18,660 bases of DNA from Promethearchaeota archaeon (GTDB taxonomy: Archaea > Asgardarchaeota > Lokiarchaeia > Sigyniarchaeales > SOKP01). Every line of letters starts with the position of its first letter. The first letter of the stretch is position 1. The stretch is from positions 1-18,660 of the forward strand of contig JBHLNS010000056.1 of the NCBI GenBank assembly GCA_048941285.1, in the 5' to 3' direction. The notes under the pieces are model-generated. The model was given only the letters and a program-made list of their open reading frames with translations, had not been told where the DNA came from and made no database searches. Shown here in pieces: positions 17,468-18,660 of this stretch. The position numbers were made by a program, and so were the translations under genes.

Positions 17468-17866
17468 GTGAGGGACATTTCTGATGAAAAAAAAATGTTG
17501 ACAAGAAAAATGACGGGGCTAATTTTAAGTGGAATTGGGGGGTTATTATTTCTGGTTAGTGGGATTATTATTCTTAGTTTTTCAATGGGATTTTACTACT
17601 TGGGTATTAGCTTCCCCATTTCATATTTAATCACAGGTGTATTTTCATTAATAGGAATTATAATCGGATTGAAACAGATTAGATTGGGTGGTACTGTTAT
17701 TCTTATTGCGATGCCTTTTGCTATCATTTATGTATTAATTTTCTCTTTCACCAGCTCTTATTATATCATTATGTATTTATTAATACCATTCTGGCCAATA
17801 CCTTATTTCCCGTACGTAGTGCTTGTAATAATTGGTGGAGTTCTATGTAGAATAAGCTCTGATTAA
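17468..17866 (+). CDS. Small hypothetical membrane protein (~4 TM)
   Basis: 132-aa hydrophobic, Gly-rich ORF. The start is uncertain (GTG 17468, ATT 17477 or ATG 17495). Confidence 0.8.
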   Translation: MRDISDEKKMLTRKMTGLILSGIGGLLFLVSGIIILSFSMGFYYLGISFPISYLITGVFSLIGIIIGLKQIRLGGTVILIAMPFAIIYVLIFSFTSSYYIIMYLLIPFWPIPYFPYVVLVIIGGVLCRISSD

Positions 17867-17961
17867 AAAGTGAGTGAACAGGAACACCAAATTAAAAATA
17901 ATTAATGACTTATCTTTTTTTATTTAAAAAACTCTTCCAAATTGTGGAAATGCATAATGTG

Positions 17962-18020
17962 AATCTCTCAAACTTCTCCAAAGATTTGAGAGATTTATCT
18001 ATTAACAATCTATAATAGAT
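17962..18020. repeat. Two abutting inverted repeats (11-bp and 8-bp perfect arms)
   Basis: AATCTCTCAAA-12nt-TTTGAGAGATT (17962-17995) and ATCTATTA-8nt-TAATAGAT (17997-18020). Confidence 0.6.
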
Positions 18021-18339
18021 GCTAATTTCTAATTTTCTATTAATTGAGCTATAAGAGTTAATTCACTATAATTACAATTATGATCTGTGCAGCTAGCTGT
18101 TACAGAAACTACATATTGGACGGAATCCATATCCAGAATTATTGTTTGTAAATAAATATTCTAACCTTGACCAAAATTAATTAAATATATCACAACTATC
18201 AGATCATTGATCGTTCCTTTAACATAGAATCTTGGTGTTGCTCTTTACGTTGCGCTTGATGATCAAGCATAACAATTAATTGATAAATAAATTCATTAAC
18301 AGTTATCAGTGTAATTAAAAAATAAATATGAAAAATTAG

Positions 18340-18660
18340 CTAAGAGAATTTTCCTTTTATTCTTTTCTGGGCATAAATAACAGCAATAACACCTAAAAAT
18401 GTAGCTAGGATATAATAATAAGGTGATATAGGTATTTTAGGACTTTTTGGTTCTTGATAAATAAATTTGAGTATCAAAGTAGACTGAGTACAAATAATTT
18501 CTTGTTTGAAATTTTGATAAATAGCTGAATTATCAATACCACGGTTATTAATTGCGAAAGTTATTCTAAGGTTTTCATCTAGCAACCACATCTGCAAATC
18601 ATCATTTCTTCCGATAAAAATACCATTTTCAATAGTGGAATAACCCAATGATGGTTCAAC
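18340..18660 (-). CDS. C-terminal part of a membrane-anchored (surface) protein; 5' end outside the window
   Basis: The frame is open to the right edge (VEPSLGYST...). It ends with a Pro-rich linker, TM helix (YYYILATFLGVIAVIYA) and basic tail. Confidence 0.75.
   Translation of the reverse strand, partial: VEPSLGYSTIENGIFIGRNDDLQMWLLDENLRITFAINNRGIDNSAIYQNFKQEIICTQSTLILKFIYQEPKSPKIPISPYYYILATFLGVIAVIYAQKRIKGKFS

Noticed and set aside
18256-18262. TTGATGA as a C box of a C/D sRNA
   Set aside because: No suitably placed CTGA D box on the same strand.
1-18660. CRISPR array, IS element or prophage genes
   Set aside because: No regularly spaced direct repeats and no transposase, integrase or viral hallmark ORFs seen.

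Overview
AT-rich archaeal chromosomal window. It is most likely from Asgard archaea (Lokiarchaeia), based on a Loki-CTERM 'IPGY' anchor, DUF2070, an archaeal PAC2 and an intronless tRNA with no encoded CCA. It holds 17 credible CDSs and one tRNA-Ala(GGC). In order: a DUF2070 membrane protein missed by the ORF track (runs off the left edge), a zinc-ribbon membrane protein, a PAC2 proteasome chaperone, a Pol-beta-type nucleotidyltransferase, a helical hypothetical, a MoaD/ThiS ubiquitin-like protein lacking GG, a small hypothetical, a Spinster-like MFS with a ~300-aa soluble tail, a one-Cys Asp/Glu racemase homolog, a Loki-CTERM beta-helix surface protein, Ogt, a sulfite-oxidase-family molybdoenzyme, two tandem DHA3-type MFS paralogs, a zinc-ribbon/CFI-box-CTERM protein, tRNA-Ala, a surface BPL-N (GATase-like) protein, a small membrane protein and a partial anchored protein. 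No CRISPR array, IS element or integrase was seen. The best leads are (1) two tandem MIT-like three-helix repeats fused to the Spinster-like transporter, a possible ESCRT-III link; (2) up to four genes that appear to start at non-canonical ATT/ATC/TTA codons; (3) the GG-less ubiquitin-like protein near PAC2 and a nucleotidyltransferase; and (4) a hairpin-dense ~470-nt intergenic region. All family calls come from motif recognition by eye; no searches were run.
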